DNA of 63,934 nt, counting the filler, from Octopus bimaculoides (taxonomy: Eukaryota): NCBI RefSeq assembly GCF_001194135.2. It is 7 parts of 6 records of this genome, joined end to end, with 100 filler letters (N's around TTAATTAATTAA, not from the genome) between each part and the next. Parts side by side here need not be neighbours in the genome. Positions count along the whole stretch, not along the records: positions 22,645 to 41,222 come from NC_068996.1; positions 41,323 to 45,475 come from NC_068987.1; positions 45,576 to 51,742 come from NC_069004.1; 4 more parts are not named here. One strand, given 5' to 3'. Positions 34,806 through 49,023 of the stretch are shown piece after piece (position 1 is the first letter of the stretch; the number at the start of each line of letters is the position of its first letter). Position numbers and translations under genes: made by a program. The notes under the pieces are model-generated. The model saw only the letters and a list, made by a program, of their open reading frames with translations. It was not told the DNA's origin and did no database searches.

Positions 34806-36759
34806 NNNNNNNNNNNNNNNNNNNNNNNNNNNNNNNNNNNNNNNNNNNNNNNNNNNNNNNNNNNNNNNNNNNNNNNNNNNNNNNNNNNNNNNNNNNNNNN
34901 NNNNNNNNNNNNNNNNNNNNNNNNNNNNNNNNNNNNNNNNNNNNNNNNNNNNNNNNNNNNNNNNNNNNNNNNNNNNNNNATATATATCCGTTACGCTGTT
35001 TGTGCTATTTTTTAAAATGACTACAATTCTCACCTTTGTATATTTTACGGTTTAATGTAAAATGTTCGAAGATTGAATTCATTTAACCACTCTACTAAAT
35101 TTCAAAAATTTGGAAACAATCCCCGAAGGATTTTTTCCATAGTTGCTTTAAATAAATTTTTTAATCAATGTTATAGTTTTCTCTGTTTATTATTTATTTG
35201 TTATTCTTTTCTACCATGTTTGTCACTACTGAGTTTGCATATACTGTACATTGAATTAGGAAATTACTTACACTATTAAAAGTGAATATTTTGCTCCCAA
35301 GTAGATAACTAAGAACGCCTAATATAATGTCCAAGGAAAATTTGATGGGAAATTACTATGTTTCAAAGTAATGTTGATAATACTGCTTAAACTCCTCTGA
35401 ATACTAAATGCAAATATGAACTGTAAAACTAGTAATCTGATTCAGCATATCAAGTTCTCGAATTGTTGAAAACTTGACCGCACTGGAAACACATTATGAG
35501 ATGCACGCCACTACACAAACAATAAATTGGAAAAAAAAAACTACTGTTTTAGTAATTATTTGGCAACATGCAAGAATATGTTCTATGAAATACTTCTGCT
35601 TTGTAAAATTTATTACTAAGTGAAGTTAAAATCCGGCAGTGATGATGGAATTTGATCATTATTTGATCATCACAATTTTTAGAAGATGTGTACAACATAC
35701 GCATATGTGTATGTATGTGTATATGCGCGCGCGTGCCTGTCTGTCCTTGTGTGTGCTTGTGTGTAGGGAATCTAAATTTGAGTCACTTCTTCGTGTTCCT
35801 ATCAATATTCTTCAAATATCTGTAAATATTGTGGATAAAAGAGTTCCGACATCATTGTTCTATTGATATAATAATGTTAATGTTAATATCCTTATTCTTA
35901 TGTTGTTATTATTATTGATGTTGTGTTGTTAACATTTCTATAAAATTCAATTATATGATAATTTAATTAGCAAAGTAACACTGATATTTGGTGAACACAA
36001 GTCTCCACAAACATCAAGAACCTCTGGATTCTTCTAGAATACAAATGAATAAATAAACTTGTGAGTCTAAAATATAACTGCTGGGCAGATTCTCACAGTT
36101 TGTGTCGAATCACAAAGCTATAACGTCTATGCAGCAATGGCTGAAAAATCTGATTAGCAATATATATATAAAATTTACACACTTCAGTATGTATAATTTT
36201 AATTCGTTGATAAACCCTTAACATGTACCTGCTTCAAATTTGCTCGGAACTAAATACGAAACGAAAATAAATACTTGAAGCTGGACAAATCGCCTTACTT
36301 TTATTCGTTGCAAGGCATTCAAATCCTATCCATGAAATATTCAGCTATTCACCACATCAGAAAAAGAATGCCGAAACATTATTAATCAAAGACAAGCTTG
36401 CTACAAGTAAACGTTTGAACACGAAAGTTTTACGACCCACGAATTTGTCTAATTAAATATTGTCTACCTTATCAAACAGTAACATGGTGCACCAACCAAA
36501 ATCACAAATTACATCAACGTACCTAGAAACTGTAGACTAAGCTTTCGTTTAACGAAAACCGGCTTATCTGGTGCTCTGTGAAATATACCATTATTCATAA
36601 AATATTACTGAACTGATCATGAGCATGCTACGTGTTAAAATTTAGTGTAGCAATGGAGGTATTCATCAGCTAATTCCAAGTAAACAAAGTCTCTAAGTTG
36701 TGAATTGGCTGTATTTTTTGCTAGTTTTAGAAACGAATGAATGCTGATTGAATCTTCTT

Positions 36760-37505
36760 GTCAGAAGAGTATCATCACTTTATTGAACATTACAATATCA
36801 TGTGCTCGCAGATGGCTTTTAAGCCCAGCTTTCGATTGCCACGTGTTTCGTTTGTCGCAGATGCTTCGATTGGGAGAAGGAATCAGCCACACACATTGCA
36901 CTTCAATTTCCGCACTTGGGTCCAGCTTACGAAATAAAAGCTTCAAAGTAGCATGCACCATTCGCTTTTGCTCAAACACACAACATCTGTAATTAACAAC
37001 CTCTCTACTTAACGAAGAGCTTTTGACCAATATATCCCAGATATCCATATCAATCTCAACGAATTTAAGTTTACCTTTTAGGGTGTCCATAAGCGGCTTC
37101 TCAAGTTTATGCTGATGCCTGTTCCCTCTGGTCAGTTTCCCATCCTGACATGACTAGCGCAATACATTTGGTTCAAGATTATTCTTTTCGCAGTACTGGT
37201 TTTGTCGGTGTTCACAACTATGACATCAAGCATGCATAAGGATCACTTTATCTTCAGGGTGATGAGAGATTCAATGCTGATGAAATATTTTCAGCTGCTT
37301 GATATGTTGCCTGTAAGTTGTCTATGTTTCGCACACGTATAGCAGTGCTGTAAGAACACATTCCTCAGACACAGCGCTTTTCCTGTCTCTCACGAAACCC
37401 CGATATCTCCAGGTTCGCTTCTCGAGTTTACAAACACAGCAGCCTTTTTCGCCATACTGTGATTAATTTCAGCGTGTAGAGTACAATTTCTACAAAATCT
37501 ACTTC
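36760..37505 (-). mobile_element. RTE-clade LINE 3' fragment with one degenerate C2H2 finger
   Basis: YLGS…AEIN…KKAA, ALLYVCET, DTLKGKLK…IDMDIWD…FEQKRMVHATLK…SKAGLKSHLRAH. Confidence 0.75.
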
Positions 37506-37547
37506 CAAGATACACATACATACATACATACATACATACATACATAC

Positions 37548-38270
37548 GTCCGTCCAAGAGCAGGAAATATAAACCAAGTACCTGATGCACAACAGGGATA
37601 GAGATGCAGGGAAAGCATTAAAATATGACAACTGATGCAGACTTTGTGGAGTTCAAACTGAAGATATCACCCACATCATAAGCAGTTGTCTGAAAATGTC
37701 ATCTTAGTATTATCTACCGATGAGACATGCTGTTGTAGCTAGGACATTCTATAATGAAATCCGTCGGAAGGATAATTCCGAGGACAATGAAATAAAAACC
37801 CACAATATGGTAGAAGCCATAGCCACTGATAATAAAAAAAATACTGGTGGAAATATCCCAGTGAAGACCTCAAGAAAATGTAAGCACAACAGACATGATA
37901 TAATGATTTGGGAAAGAGAAGAGAAACTGTGTACAGTTGTGGAAATTAGCTGCCCAGCGGATGTTAACATAAAGCTGAAGATCAATGTAAAAGGGAAACC
38001 TACGTTGAACTATTGAGAAATATGCAGTTACTCTATCCAGATTACATGTTCGGGTTTATACATGTAATTATTGGGGCCCTGGGATATGTAATACACTGCC
38101 TACATACCAATCTTGAGAAATTAGGCTTCTCAAAACCAGAAAGGAAAAAATTAATTCGAAGACTACAGATCCAATCCATCACTGGAACTGTAAAAATCTT
38201 TCCAGAAGTTTATCAGTTAAATATATATAAGCATGTTTAGATATGCAACTATATGCATAAGAATACATAC
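37548..38270 (+). mobile_element. RLE-type non-LTR 3' fragment (CCHC + restriction-like endonuclease)
   Basis: CRLCGVQTEDITHIISSC, RHAVVA, KHNRHDIMIWEREEKLCTVVEISCPAD, IIGALGYV. Flanked on both sides by (TACA)n. Confidence 0.78.
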
Positions 38271-38394
38271 ATAAAACAAACAAACCTGCATATACATACA
38301 TGCATACATACATACATACATACATACATACATACATACATACATACATACGTATATACATACATACATTCATACATACATGCATACATTCATA

Positions 38395-39445
38395 CATGAT
38401 GGCTGACCCCTCGTTATCGAGGATGGCCATTGCACGAGGCTTAACTGTTATCGGTGCTGTGATCGAATGTGACTTTTTAGCCCAGCTAAAGATCTACAAT
38501 GTCTTGTACAGAATTGGCAGCGAAAGCCTTTACCGGCAATAGCCGACTGTAGTTGTAATCGGGCTTCATATACCTTTGCATGTCGTTTAAGTCCTCCCGC
38601 CGAATTACATTCCCTTCCACATGCCCGACAGATATGATTATTATGGTGTGTAGCACCACCACCAGTGCCCTGGTAGTCAATCATCGGTCTCACTTTATGA
38701 CTACAAAGATGACTCATGAGTCCATCTTTACTGAGGTAGGGTCTTGCACAGACAGTGCATGTCAGCGTCATAGGAAGACTCTTACCATCTGGAAGTGCAA
38801 CAGCGATGCCCTTCCTGACATCCCTCCTTACTTTCTCATGCGCAACTCGAGATTTCTCAAAAGTAGCTGTCCCGTCGTGCACAGTCCTTCTCCACCTGCT
38901 ACGGTCAATAGCTATGCCCTCCCATGTGTCAGGAGAGATGCAAGCATCTCTTCAGGAAGCCTTCAGCAAATCCTTATACCCTTTTTTTTTTTTGGTTTAT
39001 TGGAGGTCGTTCTCCTTTAGTTGACTCTCCATAAAAGAGTTTTGGCATCATTGAATCTTTTATCCTGTTCAGATAACCACTTCATCTGAGCCTTTGCTTT
39101 AACACAAGAGCTTCTATACTTCCATACCGAGAGCTTTCCAATATTTCAAGATCACTGATGCGGTCCTCCCAATTAATGCCATAGATCCGCCTGAGACACA
39201 TCTGATGGAATCGTTCCAGTTTAAAGTGGCATCGATTTGTGACCCACGTCTCGCAGGCATACAGAAGAGAAGAGAGCACAAATGCCTTGTACACCTTTAT
39301 CTTTGTCTTCCTGCATATGTCTCGACGACTCCAGAGACGCCTTTCTAGCCTTCCGAAAGCATCACTTGCTTTCCTAATTCTGTATGGAATTTCATTGTCG
39401 AAATTGCTATATCTATTAACAGTGCTTTCCAGGTAGACAAACTGA
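38395..39445 (-). mobile_element. RTE-clade LINE 3' fragment with three C2H2-like zinc fingers
   Basis: YLESTVN…DNEIPYRIRKASDAFGRL…TKIKVYKAFVLSSLLYACETW…RFHQMCLRRI, then CTVC…GLMSHLCSH, CRAC…GLKRHAKVY and CQFC…GLKSHIRSQH. Confidence 0.85.
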
Positions 39446-39912
<467 letters not shown>

Positions 39913-40844
39913 AAGAGAGATACATAGACGCATAGATAATTGAAATATGTCATAAAGCATTGTCAATTTGAAACTTGTATAAAAAGAAGCCACAACCATT
40001 CAAGGATTATTCTTTTTTTTTAAATAAATGACATTCATTTTAATCTATCGATATATCGAAGCCGCATCGCTTCATAACTCAGTGTCTTAAAACCTCTTGA
40101 AAAGATCTGCATCACATTTTCCCGAGATGATGCGAAAGTATAAAATTTCACAGATTACCAAAAATATGAGAACACAGGAGAAGTATTTTCAGCTGTGGAC
40201 CGAATAACTGTTTATGCAGGAAAAAGAGGCAACATATTAAGAAGAGATGCTTTCTCTGCAAACTTTTCGACATGCGAAACCGTCCGAAGAGGGCGTTTGC
40301 TGGGGAATGTAAATTTCATATTAATATTGTTTAACTAATTCAACTCCGACAGAAATTGATTCCAAATAATCATACTCTTCGAATGGTACCTGATTAATGG
40401 TAACTAAGATCTATAGGCGAAAAAATGGTAAATGTAAATACATGTGATTCAATTTCAAAAGAAAAAAGTAATACATTCTTTTCATGTTTGTATATGGTAC
40501 TTGAAAATGTAACAATATATGCAACCACAAACTTACATATATATTTAAACACATACATACACATGTATATTATACATACATATATTATACACACGTATAT
40601 ATATTCATGTACATATGTATGTATTTGAATAATAGAGCATCCCACATATAATAAGCAGTGAGCGAAAGAACCCCATACATACTCTATTAATCGAATACAT
40701 CTTGATCACTTCTGCGTAAGCCTTACTTACCTAATTTACATGAAGTGGCACCACATTTAACTGCTTCTAAGACCTCAAAAAACATATTATCCTACCTCAA
40801 ATTCAGCATCTCACTTTAAGAGTGCATTATCTTCATGAACAGAA

Positions 40845-41222
40845 AGCTCAACATTCGAGTTATCTCTATTTCCAGGTCTTTGTATTTTGAAAGTTTTTCC
40901 ATTTCTTTTAGAGAAACATTGTCATCTGCTGGTATTGATACATCAATTAGAAAGCATTTTTTTTCTTCATGATCTTTGACAACTATATCTGGTCTATTTG
41001 CCTTAATTTCTCTATCTGTGTGTATTGGCATATCCCAGAGTATGGTTGCTTTCTCGTTTTCTGTGACCTTTTCTGGCGTGTGTTTATACCATCTTTTTTC
41101 TGTTGTTATTCCATAGTGTTGGCATAGCTTCCAGTGTATATAGGTCCCAGCTCTGTCGTGTCTGTGAATATATTCCTTCTTAGCCAGGACTGGGCAGCCA
41201 GAGATAATATAATTTATTGTTT
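40845..41222 (-). mobile_element. R4/Dong-like RLE fragment, well preserved
   Basis: GCPVLAKKEYIHRHDRAGTYIHWKLCQHYG…WDMPIHTDREIKANRPDIVVKDHEEKKCFLIDVSIPADDNVSLKEMEKLSKYKDLEIEITRM (PD…D motif intact). Cut by a gap. Confidence 0.85.
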
Positions 41223-42282
41223 NNNNNNNNNNNNNNNNNNNNNNNNNNNNNNNNNNNNNNNNNNNNTTAATTAATTAANNNNNNNNNNNNNNNNNNNNNN
41301 NNNNNNNNNNNNNNNNNNNNNNGTGAGTGTGTTTTGTATTTGAGTTGAGCTCTTGTGTGTAATTGTATATATGTGTATGTGTGTGAATATATGCGTGTGT
41401 ATACGTGTGTGTGTGTGTGTGTGTACATATACGCATATACATATCTCATCAATTTGTTTCACAATTTTTTTCAATTCATATGTGTCAGTATTTCCGTCTA
41501 TCGATTTATTCATCTGTTGATCTATTTATCAATATGCAGATACGCACATATATGCACATACATACATACATATATACATATATAGATACATGTGTATGTA
41601 CATAGATGAAAANNNNNNNNNNNNNNNNNNNNNNNNNNNNNNNNNNNNNNNNNNNNNNNNNNNNNNNNNNNNNNNNNNNNNNNNNNNNNNNNNNNNNNNN
41701 NNNNNNNNNNNNNNNNNNNNNNNNNNNNNNNNNNNNNNNNNNNNNNNNNNNNNNNNNNNNNNNNNNNNNNNNNNNNNNNNNNNNNNNNNNNNNNNNNNNN
41801 NNNNNNNNNNNNNNNNNNNNNNNNNNNNNNNNNNNNNNNNNNNNNNNNNNNNNNNNNNNNNNNNNNNNNNNNNNNNNNNNNNNNNNNNNNNNNNNNNNNN
41901 NNNNNNNNNNNNNNNNNNNNNNNNNNNNNNNNNNNNNNNNNNNNNNNNNNNNNNNNNNNNNNNNNNNNNNNNNNNNNNNNNNNNNNNNNNNNNNNNNNNN
42001 NNNNNNNNNNNNNNNNNNNNNNNNNNNNNNNNNNNNNNNNNNNNNNNNNNNNNNNNNNNNNNNNNNNNNNNNNNNNNNNNNNNNNNNNNNNNNNNNNNNN
42101 NNNNNNNNNNNNNNNNNNNNNNNNNNNNNNNNNNNNNNNNNNNNNNNNNNNNNNNNNNNNNNNNNNNNNNNNNNNNNNNNNNNNNNNNNNNNNNNNNNNN
42201 NNNNNNNNNNNNNNNNNNNNNNNNNNNNNNNNNNNNNNNNNNNNNNNNNNNNNNNNNNNNNNNNNNNNNNNNNNNNNNNNNA

Positions 42283-42318
<36 letters not shown>

Positions 42319-42513
42319 TGTATATAATGTACATGTGTATTTGTGTGTTTGTATAACGTTCATACACTTTGCCCAATGTATGATACCTGTATATTAATAA
42401 ACTTTTGTGTCTGAAAATAGTTACAAATATGCAGGTGTATAGATACAGAGACATACAGATGAATAGTTAGATCCATAAATGTATGACAAAACTTCGAGAC
42501 AGACCAATTGAAG

Positions 42514-42553
<40 letters not shown>

Positions 42554-43902
42554 CATACATACACATATACATATGCAAATACATACAAACATATATGTGC
42601 GTTTTGTTTGTGTATATATACGCTTGTGTGTGTGGGAGTGGGTATTGTTATGGTTTGGGATGGTCATTTCTTTTTTTTCTGCCCAATAAACACACGCACT
42701 ATACATTAGTTCTTCACTCCAGGTTTATTATTGTTCCCATTTTATGTCCTTTGTCTGAAAGTTTTTCGTCATACATCTAGTGACGAAATGGCTGTCCAAC
42801 CCATGTGTCTTCAATGGCAGTCCAATGACTCTTCAATGGCTGTCCAACCCATGCGTCCACTCCTGTTTTGTTTAGTCCATTCTGTTTTTCTATAGTGTCT
42901 TACACCGTAGAAAGACAAAATGGACTACATGGACCAGAAGGAGATACGTGGTATGGGAAGTCGCTGAAGAGGTCACAGGATGTGTGACGAATGATTTTTA
43001 AACAAAAGGCACTAAAATAAGATNNNNNNNNNNNNNNNNNNNNNNNNNNNNNNNNNNNNNNNNNNNNNNNNNNNNNNNNNNNNNNNNNNNNNNNNNNNNN
43101 NNNNNNNNNNNNNNNNNNNNNNNNNNNNNNNNNNNNNNNNNNNNNNNNNNNNNNNNNNNNNNNNNNNNNNNNNNNNNNNNNNNNNNNNNNNNNNNNNNNN
43201 NNNNNNNNNNNNNNNNNNNNNNNNNNNNNNNNNNNNNNNNNNNNNNNNNNNNNNNNNNNNNNNNNNNNNNNNNNNNNNNNNNNNNNNNNNNNNNNNNNNN
43301 NNNNNNNNNNNNNNNNNNNNNNNNNNNNNNNNNNNNNNNNNNNNNNNNNNNNNNNNNNNNNNNNNNNNNNNNNNNNNNNNNNNNNNNNNNNNNNNNNNNN
43401 NNNNNNNNNNNNNNNNNNNNNNNNNNNNNNNNNNNNNNNNNNNNNNNNNNNNNNNNNNNNNNNNNNNNNNNNNNNNNNNNNNNNNNNNNNNNNNNNNNNN
43501 NNNNNNNNNNNNNNNNNNNNNNNNNNNNNNNNNNNNNNNNNNNNNNNNNNNNNNNNNNNNNNNNNNNNNNNNNNNNNNNNNNNNNNNNNNNNNNNNNNNN
43601 NNNNNNNNNNNNNNNNNNNNNNNNNNNNNNNNNNNNNNNNNNNNNNNNNNNNNNNNNNNNNNNNNNNNNNNNNNNNNNNNNNNNNNNNNNNNNNNNNNNN
43701 NNNNNNNNNNNNNNNNNNNNNNNNNNNNNNNNNNNNNNNNNNNNNNNNNNNNNNNNNNNNNNNNNNNNNNNNNNNNNNNNNNNNNNNNNNNNNNNNNNNN
43801 NNNNNNNNNNNNNNNNNNNNNNNNNNNNNNNNNNNNNNNNNNNNNNNNNNNNNNNNNNNNNNNNNNNNNNNNNNNNNNNNNNNNNNNNNNNNNNNNNNNN
43901 NN

Positions 43903-43937
<35 letters not shown>

Positions 43938-45191
43938 AATAGCAAACAATTTACGAGAAAAACAATTCACGAAAAATTAATTTGTGAAGGTATCATTAAT
44001 TGTTATTATCCAAATGTAACTATTTTAAAATGATAACAGAATCAATGATACAGGCGATAGCAGGCCAAGAGTAGCATTAAATAGCATTATTTTGGCGGTT
44101 TAATAAGTGTTTTGACTGTTATTTCAAGCAGGTATACATACTTAGTATGTCCTTTGATTAATTTTAAAGTGTCTTGCTCAAGGACTCAACACGCCGGTGG
44201 AAATCGCACTCACGACTAAATGATTGTGAGCTGAATTACCGAACACTAAAACACACACCTTCACGATGTGCGTGTGTATGTATGTATGTATGTATGTATG
44301 TATGTTTGTATGTGTATAAATGTAGCATCAGCGATAAGCAGTGATGCGGAATAAATGAACTTTATGTTAGTTAAAAAAAATTGGGGGGATATATTTTTAA
44401 CTCTAAAGGCAAACTCATTACAATTACTGCGGAGAAAAATTCCTCGTTCATGGTAAAAAATATATAAATGCACCATGGTCCCCAGACGCGTTTCTGGCTT
44501 ATTACCTTCCCTTAGTAGGAGATACCGAAGGGAGACAACCATGGGCAGATCCTAGAACCGTAGTTTTATATTAGTACAGTCAATACCATGTTCTAAAAAA
44601 AAAACGTGAATACTGGGGCCGATCTGTTGGACTAAACCCTTCAAGACAGAACAACAACATAGCTACAGTCCAGTGAAAAGGAACAAATAGAAGATAAATG
44701 ATAAAGATTTATATACTGTTTCTGAATTGTATTTATAATTTCAGATACTACGTTTCCTCGCGATTTCTCATATATTACCACCAGTCCTACTTTCTGGTAT
44801 ACACCGACAGAGCCTGATAGTTGAGCAGGACGATTAGACCCCCGCCCCCTTTTTATCCTCTGATAAATGGTCATTTTATCATGTTGAACCGTTCATCCCT
44901 ATACATTTTTTCTATCTCCTTTTTTCTCATTCCCTCTCCGTTTTCGTTCCCCCCGCCTCTTAATATTTTCTGTCGAAGAACGTAGGCTCGAAACGTCAAA
45001 GACTTTTCCATTCTTCCCGAGCGTTAAATTAATACACCCGCTTCTTGTACCTTCACCTGTCTTCGTCATTTGCTTCTCGTAAATTTGAACTAAATATAGT
45101 TTACTCTTCCGTTAAGATAAGATCAACAAAACAACTACTCCATCTGGTCAGGGAGACATTGTCTAATGTGCACAGTATATAGTTCTGAGCT

Positions 45192-45475
45192 GTGGAGGCG
45201 CAATGGCCTAGTGTTTAGGGCAGCGGACTCGCGGTCATAGAATCGCGGTTTCGATTCCCAGACCGGGCGTTGTGAGTGTTTATTGAGCGAAAACACCTAA
45301 AGTTCCACGAGGCTCCGGCAGGGGATGGTGGCGAACCCTGCTGTACTCTTTCACCACAACTTTCTCTCACTCTTACTTCCTGTTTCTGTTGTGCCTGTAA
45401 TTCAAAAGGTCAGCCTTGTCACACTGTGTCACGCTGAATATCCCCGAGAACTACGTTAAGGGTACACGTGTCTGT
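45192..45475 (+). mobile_element. SINE family B (cut by gap)
   Basis: Matches the 8842 and 17744 copies. Confidence 0.85.
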
Positions 45476-45960
45476 NNNNNNNNNNNNNNNNNNNNNNNNN
45501 NNNNNNNNNNNNNNNNNNNTTAATTAATTAANNNNNNNNNNNNNNNNNNNNNNNNNNNNNNNNNNNNNNNNNNNNACACAAATTGCAATAATTTCCTTAT
45601 TGAATACTTTCTTAAGATGGCGAACTGCCAGTATTGTTACCACACCGGATAAAATGCTTAGCACCATTTCTTCCGGCTCTTTACCTACTGAGTTCAAATA
45701 CTGCCGTGGTCGACGATACCTTTTCTCCTTTCGGAGTGCATTGCTGGAAGATCGATGTAATCAAATGCCTCTTCCTCACCCGCATCCCTTAAATTGCTGG
45801 CCTTGAGCTAGAATCTGAAAACACCATGGAAAGCATTGAGGTGGCGAGTTGGCAGAACCGATACCGCACCAGGCGAAATGCTTAGCCGCATCTATTCCAG
45901 CTCTTTACGTTCTGAGTTCAAATGCCACCCAGGTCAACTCTACATCTCATCAACAACGTA

Positions 45961-46165
45961 CTCTTTTTACTTGTTTCAGTCACTTGACTATTAGCTTTCC
46001 CAAGCCATGCTGGAACACCGGCCTTTTAGTCGAAGAAATCGACCCCCGGGCTTATTCGTTGTAAGCCTAGTACTTATTTTATCAGTCTCTTATTGCCGAA
46101 GCGCAAAGTTACGGGGACGTAAACACACCAGCGTCGGTTGCCAAGCGATGGTGGGGGACAAATAC
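45961..46165 (-). mobile_element. SINE family A tail
   Basis: Reverse complement of the family A 3' half. Similar tails at about 46920-47165 (+) and 50733-50935 (-). Confidence 0.75.
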
Positions 46166-47268
46166 AAGCAGACAAGCAGACAGACAGAGGTGACTGGGAA
46201 AGAGGCGAAGGAGACAGTTAGAGGATGCTACTTCAAGTCTTCTGCTTTGATCCTACTCACAGACGGCCGTAGAGTGATGGTTGTCTTTTCTACAGTCCTG
46301 CCCTAGGTGGCTGTGTTATGCAAAGCCCTCGTTCGTCGAAAAGACGAGAGAGAGTCTATCACTAAGGTGTAATAAGAGTTAAAGTATATCAAGATGTGTA
46401 GTAACGTGTGTTAAGGGTGTGATAAGATTGTTAAAATGTGTAATAAAGTGTATAGCAACACTTACATAAGATGGCGTTGCAATGTCTGCAATTCGGGTTA
46501 CATTAAGCCTCGTTCTGATTTATGTGAAAAAGTCTTAATATTATTGGTTAAAACAGGGCTCTTTTACTTAATGTCTAACCAATCACGTTGCGTATACATC
46601 CGAATACATCTAAACGTTTCTAAGCATGTGATGTATGGCAGAACAATGCATGGCTATTAGCTTTCCCAAAGTTCACGCCAATCGAAGCCGGTGTGAGATT
46701 CATTAGAGTTCAGACAATGAAATGGAATTTCATTCACAGATTAGCTGGGTGCAGCACAAAGGGTTCTTGGAAAGTGTGTTTGGGAAAAACAGAGCTGCTC
46801 TACAGAAAAGAAAAGAAAATGCCATAGCTGCAGATTCTCGAAAGACGATGTTGGCTTTTTGTCGTGACATAGTTTGGCTGATAAAGCAAAATAACAATCT
46901 TTTGTTAACAATAATTTTGTGTGAGTGTTTTTGTGTTTGCCTCCCCCCCCCCACTACTACTTGACAACCAGTGTTGGTTTGTTTACGTTCCTGTAATTTT
47001 AGCGATTCGCCAAAAGAGAGCGGCAAAATAAGTACCAGGTTTAATAAAAAAAAAAACAAAAAGGAAAAATAAATTAGTACCGAGGTCTGTTTATACGACT
47101 AAACCCTTCAAGGCACGGTGCTCCAGCATGACCGCTGTCCAATGAGCGAAGCAAATAAAACAAAAACGTAAAAACAAAAGAAAAATAACAATTGTATCTC
47201 CATTCTCAGATCGGTGAAGTTGGGATCGGGTTACCAAAGGCCCCATAAATATAGCCATATTATGCTCC

Positions 47269-47362
<94 letters not shown>

Positions 47363-48969
47363 CTCTCTCTCCCTTCCGCCTCTCCTTCTCTCTCTTTTCA
47401 ATTGTGGGTCAAGTTAACTATTAAAACTAGGACTCGTCTGCGACAAGGGTCTTTTCTGTTTTTCTTTATCTTTTATTCTGTTGTTTTTTGTTTTGTTTTT
47501 GTCCTCTATGGCGCCGTTCACTGTTTCCAAGCCACACCTTCACTTATGAACTTTAGAGCTTGTCTAAGCTACACCTTCTACAATGAACCGAGACATCTTC
47601 TACTGACATCTTGTTCTACAACCACAAATACTGCAAGCGGTTAAAAACATTCGACGTCTCAGTAATTGCAAATCAAGCGCAAATGAAATATTTTCTCATT
47701 GTTAGTCATAATTAATAAGGTTATTTGTCCTCCCCCAATCATATGTCTATTGTAACCTCTAATTGAGGTCTTCTATCAAAACAATGACAGTGAAGTCTCC
47801 TCGTTCGTGGCCTTAATTAAAAGTGTGCTGTAAACACTTTCGTAACGTATTAATTATGATATTCACTTCTTCGTTTCTGTAAAAATGCTCAACGTATTTC
47901 TTTTATACAGGGATGACTGCGAAGTTAAGAAGCTCACTTTCCAGACCTCGGCGGGATTTGAACCCAGAACGATCGCAGCGATAAGTAAATTTCAGAGGGG
48001 AAACGTGAAACGGTGATAAGCGCAATGTTATTACCTGCCTGGATATGTTCGGTGCACGTTCGATACCGTAACAACTCGGCAAGGACGAGGGTATCCTCGT
48101 TCCCTGTGGGATTACCTGGACAATAAACCGAGCATTTCTACACGCACGCGTGCGCGTGCACGGAGGACAAGAAACACTAGAAGTTACATAGAAAACCCTC
48201 ATAACGTTCACAAAACAAAGAAAGCAGAATAAAGAAAGCAATCTGGTGTCCAAACAGAGAGCAATGACAGTTACGGCAGCAACAATTATGTACAAACAGG
48301 ACATTATATACCAATCCTTCCTTGCCCGACCTTTCCTCCAGTCCCGCCATACCGAACTATAATAAACGTACAGGGTTCTGACTGATAAGAAGAATGTAAG
48401 AATTCTATGAATGATGTCAAGGAATCGGTGCTTCTAAGAAGTGACCCTACGTAGAGGATAACTAGCGTATTTGAGGGCAAACAAGACGCACTGTTTCCCC
48501 CACCACAAAAAATCTGTTAAGAAATCTCCCCGGGATCCTATAAGCGAAGTTGGGCCCCTGCTACATGTTTTAACGCATTAAGAAGTGTTTCTCCTGAATC
48601 TGCCCTGCTGAAACTTGGGCGCATTTAATATGCTTGTGTGTCTTTTATGTTACCAGATGCAATAGTTTTAAAGTAAGGCAAAGCAAGTTCTAAAGCCAAA
48701 TCCATTCCAGAATTCTACGATGCCATAGACAAAATAAGATGTCATTTAACTTCAAAGAGATAATGGAATGTTACCTGCACCAGTTAGCCTTAAATATGAA
48801 CATAAGGTGCATTGAAATGGTTGGAAATGTATATTATTGTTTCGTTCGTTGATTTAGGTGCAGTAGACTAGTCAAATTATAAAAGAAAAAAAGTAGGAAT
48901 ACTAGTTTGGGAGTAATCAACATATATCTTTCTTTCTTCCTCCATTTCTATCCCTCTCTGTCTCTTTGC

Positions 48970-49023
<54 letters not shown>

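Noticed and set aside
48026-48372. Possible solo LTR on the minus strand (TGTA…AACA); a similar LTR-like stretch lies at about 46170-46502
   Set aside because: No TSD, PBS or second copy is visible, so it cannot be supported.
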